Source: Callorhinchus milii
Taxonomy: Eukaryota
Length of the DNA stretch: 64,000 nt
Assembly (NCBI RefSeq): GCF_018977255.1
Contig: NW_024704742.1
Span: 28,212,001 to 28,276,000, forward strand
Direction: 5' to 3'
Of this stretch, positions 41,300 to 54,366 are shown one piece after another. The notes below the pieces were generated by a model that worked only from the letters and a program-made list of their open reading frames with translations, was not told the origin of the DNA and did no database searches. The translations under genes were made by a program, and so were the position numbers. Position 1 is the first letter of the stretch; every line of letters starts with the position of its first letter.

Positions 41300-44133
41300 G
41301 AGGATCAAACCAAACAGCAAGAGAAGCCCTCCCCTCACCATCCACGACCTCATCCTGGACGAGCACCTTGACATTCTTGGGCTCACCGAAACCTGGCTCT
41401 CCCCCAATGACTCCGTCCCACTAGTGAAAGCCTCCCTTCCAGGCTACACCTTCCACCACAGCCCCCCGTCCAAACCAACGTGGCGGCAGGGTGGCCCTCA
41501 TTTCCAAAGCCTCCCTTGGTCTCATCCCCTACTCCTCTGGCTGCTTCCCCTCCTTCGAGCACCTCACCCTCTTCCACCCCTCTCTCCCTTTGAAAATCCT
41601 CCTTGTCTACTGCTCCGCCAAACCCCCTGGCTCCCGCCACACAGACATCTCTACCCTCCTCTCTTCTCTGTCTCTCTGCTCCGAGCGCCTACTCATAATG
41701 GGCGATTTCAACCTCTACCTAAACTCCCCTTGCACCACTTCTGCCGATTTCACTGCCCTCCTCTCCTCCCTAAACCTCACCCTCCATATAAATTCACGCA
41801 CCCACAACTGTGGTTATGCACTTGACCTCGTCATCACCCATGGTGGACAAGGCCATCTCGGACCACTTTTTCATCTCCTTCTCCTCTCACATCCCTCTCT
41901 ACTCAACCAAGCCCTCAACCATCCTCTACCGCCCTTAGAAAAGGCTACAACCTGAGACCCTCACAAAGGCCCTCTCATCATCAAATATCCTATCCCTCTG
42001 GCCCTCCACCCGTGGAGATCCTGAAGCAGCCATCCAGCTGCTCCATGATCGCCTTTCCTCCACCTTCAATTCCCTCGTGCCCTGAAATCTAGGACCATCT
42101 CCAAACCCACCCGATCCCCTTGGTACAACAACAATCTCCGCCACCAAAAAAACCCAAACCCGTCTGCTCGAGCGCATATGACGGAAAACTGGCCTGACAG
42201 TTCACCGCCAACTGTGGCTCGAGCATCTCCACAGCTACTGCCGTTCTTTGACTCATGCAAAAACGGCCTTTACTCCAACATCATCTTGGAGGCTAAACAC
42301 AACCCAAAAATCCTTTTTTCCACCACCCACTACCTCCTCCGTGCCCCACCTCAGGTCTCCTCAATCTTCATATCGAATGTCAAGTGCAAGGAGGTCATGG
42401 ACTCCTTTTCTTCTAAAATACTTAACATCCCTCAGGCAGCCTCATCCACCTGCCTCTTGTCACCCACCATCATGCCCTCTCTGTCCCCCTCACCTTCTTC
42501 ATCATCTGCTCCGACCACCATGCCCATTCTACATTCCTTCCTCCCCATCTCTCCCTCCTCCCTCTCACCCACCATCACCTCCATGAAGCCCACCACCTGC
42601 TGGCTCGACACCCCCTCCCCACCAACTTACTGGTCACCCAGCTCACCCTCCTCTGCCCACTACTGGTGACATCATCAACCAGTCTCTCCTCCAGATCAGT
42701 TCCTGCCTCCCTCAAAACTGTTGTCATCACCCCCCTTCTGAAAAAACCCTCCCTGGATCCCTCAAACCACCACCACTACTGCCCTATTTCTAACCTGCCC
42801 TTCCTCTCAAAAGTTCTAGAACGCGTTGTTGCCAACCAACTTCATGCACTCCTCCTCCCACTCCCTCTTCGAACCCCTCCAGTCCGGTTTCCGCCTGCCC
42901 ACAGTACAGAGACTGCGCTTGTGAAAGTCACAAACAACATCCTTTCTATCTGTGACCAGGGCTCCCTCTGCCTCCTTGTCCTCCTGGACCTCTCCGCCGC
43001 GTTCGACACAGTCGATCATGCCATCCTCCTCCACCACCTATCCTCCGACATCCACCTCAGTGGGGCCGCACTTACCTGCAGTACATCTGCACAAATGGTT
43101 TCTCCTCCCACTCTCATCCGGTCACCTGCAGGGTACCCCAAGGATCCATTCTTGGCCCCCTCTTTCTGATCTACATGCTCCCTCTTGGGGATGTCATCCA
43201 TAGACATGGGGTACACTTCCACATGTATGCAGACAACACCCAACTCTATTTCTCTTTGCAACCCCCAGTCCCCTGATGTTCTGTCAGCCTGCCTGTCAGA
43301 TCTCAGGGGCTGGATGAGCGCAAACTTCCTTCAGCTGGACATTGACAAGACGGAAGCCATACTCTTTGGCTCTCGTCAACGTCTAAAATCCCATGGCTCC
43401 GACCTCCCCCTAAAACTGTCCGAACCGGTACGTAACCTATGCATCAGGTTCGACCCCCAATTATCCTTCCTCCACCACATCCGGTCCCTCACCAGCACCA
43501 CCTTCTACCATCTCCGATGCATCACCCGTCTCTGCCAATACCTCTCCCCAAAAGCCGCTGAAACCCTGGTCTATGCCTTTGTCACCTCTCGGCTGGACTA
43601 CTCCAACGCCCTCCTAGCCGGTCACCCATCCACTACCATCCATAAAACCAAAATCATTCAAAACTCTGCCGCCCGCATTCTTACCCGCATGACACTCCGC
43701 TCCCCGATCACCCCAGTCCTTGCCAGACTGCACTGGCTGTCTATCCCAGAGAGGATCGATTTCAAGATCCTCACCTTTGTATTCAAGTCCCTGCACTCCT
43801 CTGCACCCCCCTACCTCTCTTCTCAAAACAGTACCCGTTGCCTTCGTTCCTCCGGGTCTGGCCTCCTCCTCGTCCCCCGAGGCCTCCGCTCCACCCTCGG
43901 CAGCCGTGCCTTCAGCCACTATGGCCCGAGTTTCTGGAACTGCCTTCCTCACTCCCTTCATCTCGCTCCCTCCCTTCCCATTTTCAGGTCTCTGCTGAAG
44001 ATCTTTCTTTTCAACCGCGCCTTTAGTCACCTTCCTACCCCTCCCCCTGGCTCGGTCCCGGGATCCGTTACTGTAAAGCGCCTTGAGCTGCCGCCCGGCG
44101 TGGAGGGTGCTATATAAATCCAAGTTGTTGTTT
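41300..44133 (+). mobile_element. L2 LINE, most of ORF2 (APE endonuclease + RT), decayed
   Basis: [67 protein letters not shown], and a (ttg)n tail. Confidence 0.93.
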
Positions 44134-44484
44134 TTGAGAGGAGCTTTCATCAGTGGAGCAGCAGCACCAGAGAAAACTTCATAGGCAGAATAGCCTCCCT
44201 CTGTGGTATAATTTCAATAAATCCCTTTACATAATCATTGGTATTGAAATAATGCAGCTTTATACTCTCCATTTGTCTTTAACTGAATATCTGTCATTAA
44301 TATGAAGCTCAATTCAGATATAGCACAATTCTTGAAACGGTTATATTTTGTTGAAGCAACCAAGTATTTTTATCACAAAAATTGGTTAATTATGTGCAAG
44401 ACAACCATTATAGTGAAATGTTAATGTTTCATTCTTTAGGATAGATTTTTCATAGTGAAATGCTTGTTCTAGCTCAGGATTTCT

Positions 44485-44748
44485 TTGCTTCCCTCAACCC
44501 CTTCACTCTACCATCAGCAGCCGTACCTTCACCCACTACACCCTGGACCTCTGAAACTCTTTGCCTCAATCCCTCGACCTAGTGCCCTTTTTGTCCATCT
44601 TCAGATCACACCTGAAGACTTTCCTCTTCAGCTATATCTACGGTCACCTCCCCTTCTCCTCAGCTTGTCATCAAACTTTGCCATTGTTCAGCACTAAGAG
44701 AGGAAACCCTGCATGTAGGGTACTGTATAAATGCAATTTGTTGTTTTG
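44485..44748 (+). mobile_element. L2 3' fragment
   Basis: Peptide FRSHLKTFLF and tail tataaatgcaatttgttg. Confidence 0.65.
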
Positions 44749-46161
44749 AAATGGTGTGAAAGTCAAGATATGAATAATCAGGGGAACTACTTCAAGTTTA
44801 TTAACAGAGAACTCTTTAATTACTCTAAATGTTGATCATGTTGAACTCCAAAAAAGGGTTTGATAGATTTGCATTAATAACAGCCAGAAGCTTCATCTTT
44901 AATCCATTAGGTTACAGGGCTGATGTTGTCAATCCTGGCTTCAATGTAATTAAAAGGTGCTGGTGGGCATTGTGAAAACTTTGAAGTGTCCCAGGGATTT
45001 TGAGGGCAGTCAGATTTTTGCAGATAGCAGCCAAACTGAAGTAATTTCTGAAACACACTGATAAAATACTCTTTGGAATTTACTTTGAAGAACTCAATAG
45101 CAGGTACCTGCGAGAGCAGCTCAGGTATTTAATCCAACTTGTGTCCTATAGAGATTACAGAGGACATAGGCCTGAAGCAGATTTGCACGTCAGTAGTTTT
45201 AGCTGACATACAATCAATTTCATTGACATGGATTCCATCCAGCAAAGAAAACACTTTTTCAAAAAAAACATATTGAAAACTTCAGGAGTTATAAGGATCC
45301 ATATTATTTTTGGCAGCCTCGGTCTGATTTTTTTTTTCTAAGGGACTGCTTTGACCTGATAAATGAATCCCAGTCTATTCATTGCACAGGCCATGTTGAT
45401 ACATGTTACTGCATGCTAATAGAGTGAAGTATGCTGAAGTAGCATTGAATTACTTTTTTTAATTTTACACTGTCCTTGTCATGGATTCGTGACATTACTC
45501 CTCATTCTTTGTACTGGGCAGGCTATTATCGTTTTCTCTTTGCCTACTGGAGTTCAGAAAGCATTCTTTCCACACGACATTGGCCATTGATTTCTTTTGA
45601 TAATTGGGATGTCCTCCCGACATGAAAAGCGCGATACAAATGTAATTTTGTTGGTGTTTGTTCCGTGCAGTAGAAACTTGCTTTATCTCCTTTTCTATTA
45701 TTTATAAGTGACTATCAGCATAGAGGTAAAACAGGTCTTCTTTAATGTCATCCTAATCAAAGAGCTTGCTTTAAAATGCAGCACTGGTAGAATTCAAACT
45801 GCGCACAGTTTTGATGAATTACTGAGATGTAACCATGCTTGAAAATTGCATATCTGATATTTTGCTAGTGTGTCCAGAAGATTGGGATTCATTGCAATGA
45901 GAAAAACAGTCCGTGTACTCCAATTGCTCGCCCTTAATTCATATTCCATGTATCTTTTGTTTTAAATATTTCTTTCCCAGCAAAATAGCAGGTCTGCATA
46001 AGTAAGACACTGCTCAGGGTATAATATGCAACACTTCATAACTGATTCAGTGTGCTAATTCTCACTGGTGGTAACTAAATTACCTGTGTGATTTGTGTCA
46101 ATTTGATAATGATCACCTGGTGGTTATTATCATATTGAATTGGTTTGCAAACAATTGGATT

Positions 46162-46580
46162 TGTCAGCCTGGCTCAGTTACGCTCTCACCTCTAAGTCAG
46201 AGGATTTGGTTTCAAGCCCTATGTTGGGACATGAAACTCATAGTCTAGGCTCATACTCCAGTGCAATGATGGGGAATGTTGCATGGTCGAGGTGTTGGCC
46301 TTCAGGTAAGAAGTTAAACAATGATTCCGTCTGCCTGGTCAGATGAACATTAAAGATATCCCATGGCACTACTTGGAAAGAGTTTCTTCTGTGTGCCCTG
46401 GCCAACAGTTCTCCCACTCCTTTCCTGCACCCCAATAAAATTGTTCATTTACTTTATGGCTGTTTGTAAGACATAGCTGTGTGGAAACTGAGTGCCTCAT
46501 TTGCCTATAAAATACAGTTATTACATTTTACAGTAAAACCTATGAGACATCCTTCCAAAGTGAAAGGTAGTATTATTTTA
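46162..46580 (+). mobile_element. DeuSINE family A
   Basis: gtcagcctggctcagtt...ggttcaagccc, then Deu core taaagatatcccatggcacta. Confidence 0.8.
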
Positions 46581-47250
46581 TGAATTTTACAGATATGCTG
46601 GAAATGGAGCCCCCCCTCCACATCTCCACCACAGTTCTCAATGCTAATATCTCTGAACTCAGGTCATCCTATTGATTTCTCTTTTAGTTCATGGGATTCA
46701 GCTTCCAGCAATATACCTGTTTAGGAAACAAAAGAAACTCAAAGAGTAAAAGCTGCTATCCCACTGATTGCAAACCAAATACCACTATCCTGCTTCAGGG
46801 ACACATTCAGGTAATTCATATTCAATACTTTGGTGATTTTGAAATTTAAATTGCATGTTAGAGCCCCAGTCTAACGTGTTTAATATTTGCATGCATTTAC
46901 ATACACTTTTAATAAAATAATACTGAGATTGAAAATGGAGACATGAATTGCCTTTTGTAGTTCCTTGCTAAATTCTAAACTATTTTCTATATACTGTACC
47001 TCTTATTGTATTATATAATACTCTGTCACTGTTACAAAGGAACATGGAGTGTTTTATTTCTGCCTTTATCCTGACAGGAAAGGTGCTATATCATAGGCAA
47101 GGATTATTATTATATAATAATAATTAGCCTCATTCTATAGTGCACTTTAAGACATTTCTTTTACTTGAAAGATGCTATCGAAGTGTAACTTGTTCCCATT
47201 GGGCTGATGAGAACAGAGGATTGATGGAGATATATATATACACACACATA

Positions 47251-47575
47251 TCCTGTAGTGGTCAGAGTACTTGCCTTGCAAGCGAGAGAACCTGTGTTTG
47301 ATTCCCAGCAGGGTGAAATGTTGGGCAAGTTTCCTTCCTCCATACGCCTGTGTTTAACTAGCAGTAAGTAGGAACCCGGTTGTTAGTGGATCACTTTTCT
47401 AATAATTTGGTCACTCAATACATGACTATTTGTGGGACTCTGCTGTGTGTAAATAACTGCCGCGATTCAGTCACAAAGAAAAACAGTCAATTCACTTCAT
47501 AGTATATTGTTTGAAGCACTTTGAGACATCTCAAAGACATGACAAAATGCAATATCAAATGCAAGGATTATTTTT
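47251..47575 (+). mobile_element. SINE family B
   Basis: ttgccttgcaagcgagagaacc...atgttgggcaagtttcctt...gcagtaagtaggaacccggttgttag, followed by the tail. Confidence 0.82.
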
Positions 47576-48699
47576 TATATATATATATATATATACAGAT
47601 ACACACACAATTTTCTTTCTACCTTCCTGACAAACTGGCTACAACTCATGCACTCAAATTTAAAACTTAAATTCCATCTCATCTTATCCGCAATGTCATT
47701 TTGTCTTCAAAGTGGTGCAGAATTGTGGAAAAAAAATTTAATTCAGTCTTAATTTGGAAGATAGTTCTTTGATGAGCTGTGTAAAACCGGCTTCCAAGAA
47801 AAACGTGAAGAGACAGAATGTCTCCTATTGAAACTAGATATCCAATTCCAAACTTTGCTCTGTTAGCCTCAACAGGCTATTTGGTAAATAGCAGATCACT
47901 CAGCGTGTTTGCACATTTAAATTGTTAACCATGCGAGATATATTTTGCTTTGTTCCAACATTTCTACATGTGTACTCACAGATGTTTGTCCTAGCTAAGC
48001 ATATAGTGGAGCAATTTACATAATGCTAAATGCTGTTCTACTGTAAGTGGAACAGAATCATTTGGAAGAAAGTTAGCGCCTTCTTCGGTGGAGGAAGGCA
48101 TTGTCAAGATTATCATGTAAGTAGGTTTTACTGTCTGAAGCAATGGATTAGTCTGGCAATGGATTAGTGCTGTTCTACAAAGCTAGCTTTTGCCAAGAGC
48201 ACTGTAGATCAAGTTGTGGTCTTACCCGGATCTTTGTTAGGAAAAATATAACTGTCTGCCTAGGTTGAGTCTTCTGAAAGCATGTTTTTGGCAGCAACAT
48301 GTCCCCAGATAGATCTAGAAACAAGAATTTATGAAATAATATGTTCTGATAACGCTCCAAATTCTATAAGAAGCCCATCGTCTTGAAAATTAATGTTGTT
48401 TCTGGGGCCTATTTTTACCAGGCCTTTGGGCCTGCCCTGATATTTTGGCAGTAATGTAGTAGGAGCTCCACAGCTGTTAATACAATGTTGAAGAATTTCT
48501 TCCATTGTTCCTAAAAGCTGAAGAGTGGAAATTATTTTATGTTAAATACGCAGCATCATGAATACTGAAATATATGGAGCAAAATTATTTATGTTTATGT
48601 TTGTGTTCCAGAAGCAAATCGAGTAGCTTTTATTGGTGAAGCACTGGCCTGTCATTCTCAGGCCCACCATTTCTCATGGTTTTACTATTAAAAAGATTG

Positions 48700-48885
48700 A
48701 CTTATCTTAAAATTTAAGATTGCAAATCTTAAGATTCCTAAGATTTTTTTGGGGGAAAAAAATGTTGTCTAAATTTGGAAGCTGCTTTTTTCCCCTTCAA
48801 ACTAAGACAGAACTTAACAATTTCCAAAGTTCAGCACATTCTTAAATTTTAAGAGAATAGTCTTAAGTCTAAGAAATATTGGGCT
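48700..48885. mobile_element. Fragment of the palindromic MITE-like family (another at ~47713-47800)
   Basis: taagacagaacttaacaatttccaaagttcagcacattcttaaa matches the arm at 33531-33575. Confidence 0.5.
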
Positions 48886-49746
48886 TCTGAGATTCTAAAT
48901 ATGATTGCCTGCAGTAAGTGATTTTCAAACACTGCACCCTTTGCTGATCAGCAACAAAAATAAATTGCATTTATATAAGGCCCTTCATATTTCGTAATAT
49001 CAACCACCTCCATACTCATTTTGTTGCTGGATGGACTGCTGCAGAGTGGCACAAGACTGAACTTTGAGGATTATAATAATAATAATCCTTGCATTTGGTA
49101 TAGCGCTTTTCACGTCTTCTAGACGTCTCAAAGCACTTCACAGAATAGACTGTAAAATGAATTAACTGTACAGCGCACAGCAGATTATAATGAAAAGAGT
49201 TGATTATTTTACCTCCTTTAAACTCTTCCTATGAGCCTACACAAATAGGAGCTGTAAATAAATCTGCAACCTAAATTATCCTGCAGTTACAGAAGCCAAA
49301 AAGCAAAATCAATGAGAGAGTGGTGACCGGAGATCATTTTGTTGTTGAGAAAGTAAAGACACCAAGGTTGAATGTACAGGGAGAGTGGAACCATATATCA
49401 AGAAGCACCAGTTAGGTGATGCAAAGCTTGAGTTTGGGCAACCTTTTGGTTTGTAGTTAGAGGGAAAATGTAAGCAGGTAATTTCTGGAGATCCTGGAAA
49501 AAATTAAATGATATAAAAAAACACAAGGAAATTTCTTTGGCACAGATTAGAACAAAAGTATTATCTTTGGAAGCATTGTTCCTTTACTTTTTTTTAAGAT
49601 CCAGTATAGAACTTGGCCGTGGGCTTTTATTCTTGATCCTCAAAGTACAACGATTAATTGAACCATCGCTTGGGGTTATTGCAAAACTGCTGGAGCTGAG
49701 AGGATCTCAGTGATGAAGGAATCTCTGTGTCTTCTGGTGGTTAACC

Positions 49747-51608
49747 TTCACTGCGAGGAGATGCTGGATTTCCTTGAATCCAAGATCAAGGGAATCCGCT
49801 CTGCGGTCACTTCCCTTCCAACATCCACCCACCACCCACCCCTTCCCTCCCACACTCTGACTCCTACCCATCCTCCCCTACACACCTTCGTACCCGTTTC
49901 CCCATCCTCTGTCACCAAACTCATCCTCTCCCTGAAACCTACCACCTGCTCCCTTGACCCCATCCCCACTCCACTCCTTATCTCCCAGCTCCACCTCCTT
50001 GCCCCACATATCACAGACATCGTCAACCTGTCCCTCTCCTCTGGCTCTATTCCCATTCCCTTAAAAACTGCCACCATCACTCCCACCTTAAAAAAACCCT
50101 CCCTTGATGCGTCGCAGCTATCAAGCTACCGGCCCATCTCCAACCTCCCATTCCTATCCAAGGTCCTGGAATGAGTTGTCGCCTCTCAGCTGCGCTCTTT
50201 CCTCTCCAACCATTCACTATTCGAACCCCTTCAATCGGGTTTCCGTGCTGCCCATAGCACAGAAACTGCCCTGGTCAAGGTCACCAATGACATCCTGACC
50301 ATCTGTGACCAGGGCTCCCTCTGCCTCCTCGCCCTCCTCGACCTATCGGCAGCATTCGATACGGTCGACCATGCTATCCTCCTCCACCGCTTGTCCTACC
50401 ACCTAAACCTTCAAGGCCCTGTCCTTGAGTGGTTTAGGTCGTACCTCTCCCACCGTCTTCACTTTGTCTCCACAAATGGTTTTTCCTCCGGCCCCCGCAC
50501 TGTCTCGTGTGGTGTCTCTCAAGGCTCTGTCCTCGGTCCCCTCCTCTTCACCCTCTATATGCTCCCCCTTGGTGACATCATCCGCAGACATGGGGTTAAC
50601 TTCCACATGTATGCGGATGACACCCAACTCTACCTTTCCTCCTCTACCCTCAACTCCACGACCACCGATGTCCTGACAGCCTGCCTGTCCGACATCGAGT
50701 CCTGGACGAGAGATAACTTTCTCCAGCTCAACGTGCGCAAAACTGAGGCCCTCCTGATTGGCTCACGTCAGCGCCTCCGCACCTCAGGCGCTGACAGCAT
50801 CAGCATCCAAGGCTGCACTCTCCACCTCTCAAAGCCAGTCAGGAACATCGGGATTCTGTTCGACCCTGAGCTGTCCTTTCTCCCCCATATCCGCGCCACA
50901 ACTGGCACCGCCTTCCATCACCGCCTTCCATCACCTGTCGCCAGACTACGGCACTACCTCGCCCCTCACGCTGCTGAAACTCTGGTCCACGCCTTTATCA
51001 CCTCAAGGCTGGACTATGGGAACTCTCTCCTCGCCGGCCTTCCCGGCACCTCCCTCCACAAGCTGCAGGTCATTCAGAACTCTGCAGCTCGTGTACTGTC
51101 CCGCACCAGGCTTCGGGACCACATCACTCCCACCCTCGCTCGCCTCCACTGGCTCCCCATCCCCCAGAGGATCGAATTCAAGATCCTCATCCTCACCTAC
51201 AAGGCCATTCACGGCCTTGCTCCCTCCTACCTCTCCGACCTACTATCCCCCTAGCTACCCGCCCGTACCCTCCGTTGCTCTGGCTCCGGTCTGCTCCACA
51301 TCCCCCGCCCCAACCGCCCTACTATCGGTGGCTGGGCCTTCAGTCTCTCAGCCCCGAGGCTCTGGAACTCTATCCCCCAGTGCCTTCGCCGCCTCCTCCC
51401 TTTCCTCCTTCAAGGCCGGTCTCAAGACCTTTCTCTTTGACCGTGCCTTCAGCTCTCCTCTCGACTCTCTACCCCCTCCTCGCTCCCTCCCTTCCCTCCC
51501 CTCACCCTGACCGTTTCCCCCTTGCTCGGGTCCTGACCCAACTGTACAGCGCCTTGGGACGTCCTCCCGACGTGAAAGGCGCTCAATAAATGGAATCTTG
51601 TTGTTGTT
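49747..51608 (+). mobile_element. Young 5'-truncated L2 LINE with RT domain and 7-bp TSD
   Basis: ORFs 49710..50174 and 50391..51254 are in one frame, split by a single [11 protein letters not shown] motif, (ttg)n tail, and GTTAACC at 49740-49746 and 51609-51615. Confidence 0.95.
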
Positions 51609-51959
51609 GTTAACCGTGTATAGTAAATGGAATAAGTTCCTTTGATGATTATTTGTTGAGGAACAGAAATCGGCTGGTGTTGCTATAAACTTTTCTTGGT
51701 GTCTTTAATCCGAGGCATGCTTTACTGTGCCTGAGAGCCAGAGAAGTGTCTGTCCTCATCTGAACTCCACCAGAATGCTGCTACATGCCCGTTAAAGCCT
51801 CACTGTAGAATCAGAGGCTTCATCATATCTGACACTGTAACTTGACCACAATTAGCCAATTTGGATGAGATAATTGTTTGCTGATGTTAATTCTATTAAA
51901 GGATACATCCATGCGTTAGTGGTATTATTGAATGTATTAACATTCTTCATCAAACTGTG

Positions 51960-52375
51960 TGTCAGCTTGGTTAATTTGGTAGCACTCTTGTTTCTAAATC
52001 AGAATATTGTGGGTTTAAACCTCACATCACTGATGTAGTCTAAACTGCCACTGCAATGCGGTGCTGGGGATGTGCTTCACAGTTGGAGGTGCCATCCTTC
52101 AGCTGAGATGTTAAACCAGGAGCCTGATCTGCCTAACCACATGACACTATTCAATAAGAGAAGGGAGTTTCTCCCAGTGTCCTAGCAAACACTCCCACAA
52201 ATATAATTGATCATTCATTTCATGGCTTATTATTATTATGGCTATTTGTGGGGACATTGCTGTCTGCAATTTAGCTATTGCATTCACCCACCAAATACAG
52301 TCACAATATTTTACCGTATATCCTAGGTGAAGCTCTTCGAGAGGTCTTCCTGAAATGAAATCTGCTATACCAAAA
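51960..52375 (+). mobile_element. DeuSINE family A
   Basis: gtcagcttggttaatttggtagcactc...ggaggtgccatccttcagctgagatgttaaacc. Confidence 0.8.
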
Positions 52376-52921
52376 ACTTGACAGAACATGGCTTCTGTGT
52401 TCAGTTTCATCGAGCTAAACACTGAATTCTTTGCACAATGTGAGAGCACCATAGTGATTTTTTTTTTACACACTGACCTATTTTTATAATCCCTTGTGTA
52501 AACTCAACACACAAGAGGATTTCTGAAGAATCCAAAATATTTTCCACTTATTTTTAAAAACAAAAAATAAATTATGCATGCAGTTGTGACAAAAGGTGGG
52601 TTATCTAGAAAACTCTAATTTTATAATAACATTGATATATGCAACTTAAATGAAGGCTGTTGTTTCTATTCCCTGGCGTCTAATCAGTGCCAGCATCTGC
52701 CCTGCCATACCTTGCAGCGAGTAGAAGATGAGATTCTGGTATAGTAGAACATGGAACAAATTTGTCAAAAATGTTCAGCTTGGATCAGGAGTTCTGTTGA
52801 ATGGTAATGAACATAAGTGGTGTATGGAGATTCTGCACTTGTATCAGATGTAAGTTTTATACCGTTGGTGAGGCAGGGCAATTAATACCCAATCCTGAGA
52901 TCCAAGATTTATATCGTTCCG

Positions 52922-53310
52922 CTTACATTGTTGTTCATTTATATAGAGGCCCTCACGCAGGATAGCGTCCCAGAACGCTTGACATTGGCGAAGCACGATG
53001 CTGAACTGGGGAGAGGGGGTGGGTGACTGTAGGCACAATCAAAGAGGAAGGTCTTCAGACGTGACCTGAAGATGAAAAGGATGAGGCAAGGCAGAGGGAT
53101 AGAGGAAGCTAACCAGGGTTTTGGGGTGTAGTGGCTGAAAGTATGGCCACTGATGGTGGAACGGAGGACACGAGGGGCAAGCAGGAGGCTGGAGCGAGTT
53201 GAGCGGAGCCAATGGGTAGTGCGGTAGGGAATAATCAGGTCGGAGAGGAAGGGAGGTACCAGGACATGAAGAGATTTGAAGACAACTGTGAGGGTCTTGA
53301 AATCCATCTA
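52922..53310 (-). mobile_element. L2 3' fragment
   Basis: Minus-strand ORF DFKTLTVVFKSLH...FRSRLKTFLFDCAY. Confidence 0.85.
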
Positions 53311-53384
53311 GTGTGATCTTAAAAATAACCACTTCTAAATTAAAATTGAATTCAGGAATTTTTTAAAATCGTGTGTGATCTTAC

Positions 53385-53630
53385 ACTATCTGTTTTTCAG
53401 GTGAGACGTTAAACCGAGGCCCCGACTGCATGTCTAGATTGATGTTAAAGATCCCATGGCATTGTTCAAAAGGAAGAGAGAGATTATCCAGATTTACTGG
53501 CCAACAAATAAAATTGATCATTCATTCTATGGATGTTTGTGGCACTTGCTTTCTGCAAAATGGCTGCCACTATCCTGTCTCAACAACATAAGATGCTACA
53601 TTAGATGCTAGAATTATTATTATTATAAAT
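53385..53630 (+). mobile_element. DeuSINE core and 3' fragment
   Basis: gagacgttaaaccgaggcccc...gttaaagatcccatggca. Confidence 0.75.
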
Positions 53631-54099
53631 TATCATTTCTAATTTACAATCAAGTATTCATGGCACAGTTGGGATTGTAAGTACATGAGTTTCAGCTGAA
53701 TAAGATTAGGGAATGCAAAATGCATTATTTCATAACAGATTCAATGTGATCGTAATACCTGCTTAACTTCAAAAAGAATCATCAATTGGAACATCAATGG
53801 GAGCAAAAATCCTGACAATCTGGTCATACCATCAGGCATAATTATCACTTTGAATGCTGTGTTTTGCACTATTTCCTACAAGTACAGAATATGCAATATG
53901 AAGAAAGATTGGCAAGGTCACTAACTCCTTGATACAGCAATGTTGTTCTTAAATATTGTTCATTATTCTAAGAGGACACTTATCAGATATGCCATCAGAT
54001 ATTTAATTGTTAGCTATTGGCCTAACAAAAAAAGATTTTAGTAAAAGATATAGAATGTTAAAAAAAATAATGCACATTGGCAACTCAATAATTTCCTAA

Positions 54100-54366
<267 letters not shown>

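Noticed and set aside
43185..44117. 310-aa ORF (also the 287-aa ORF at 50391 and the 250-aa ORF at 50758) as host genes
   Set aside because: They are L2 ORF2 fragments or alternative frames of C-rich L2 sequence.
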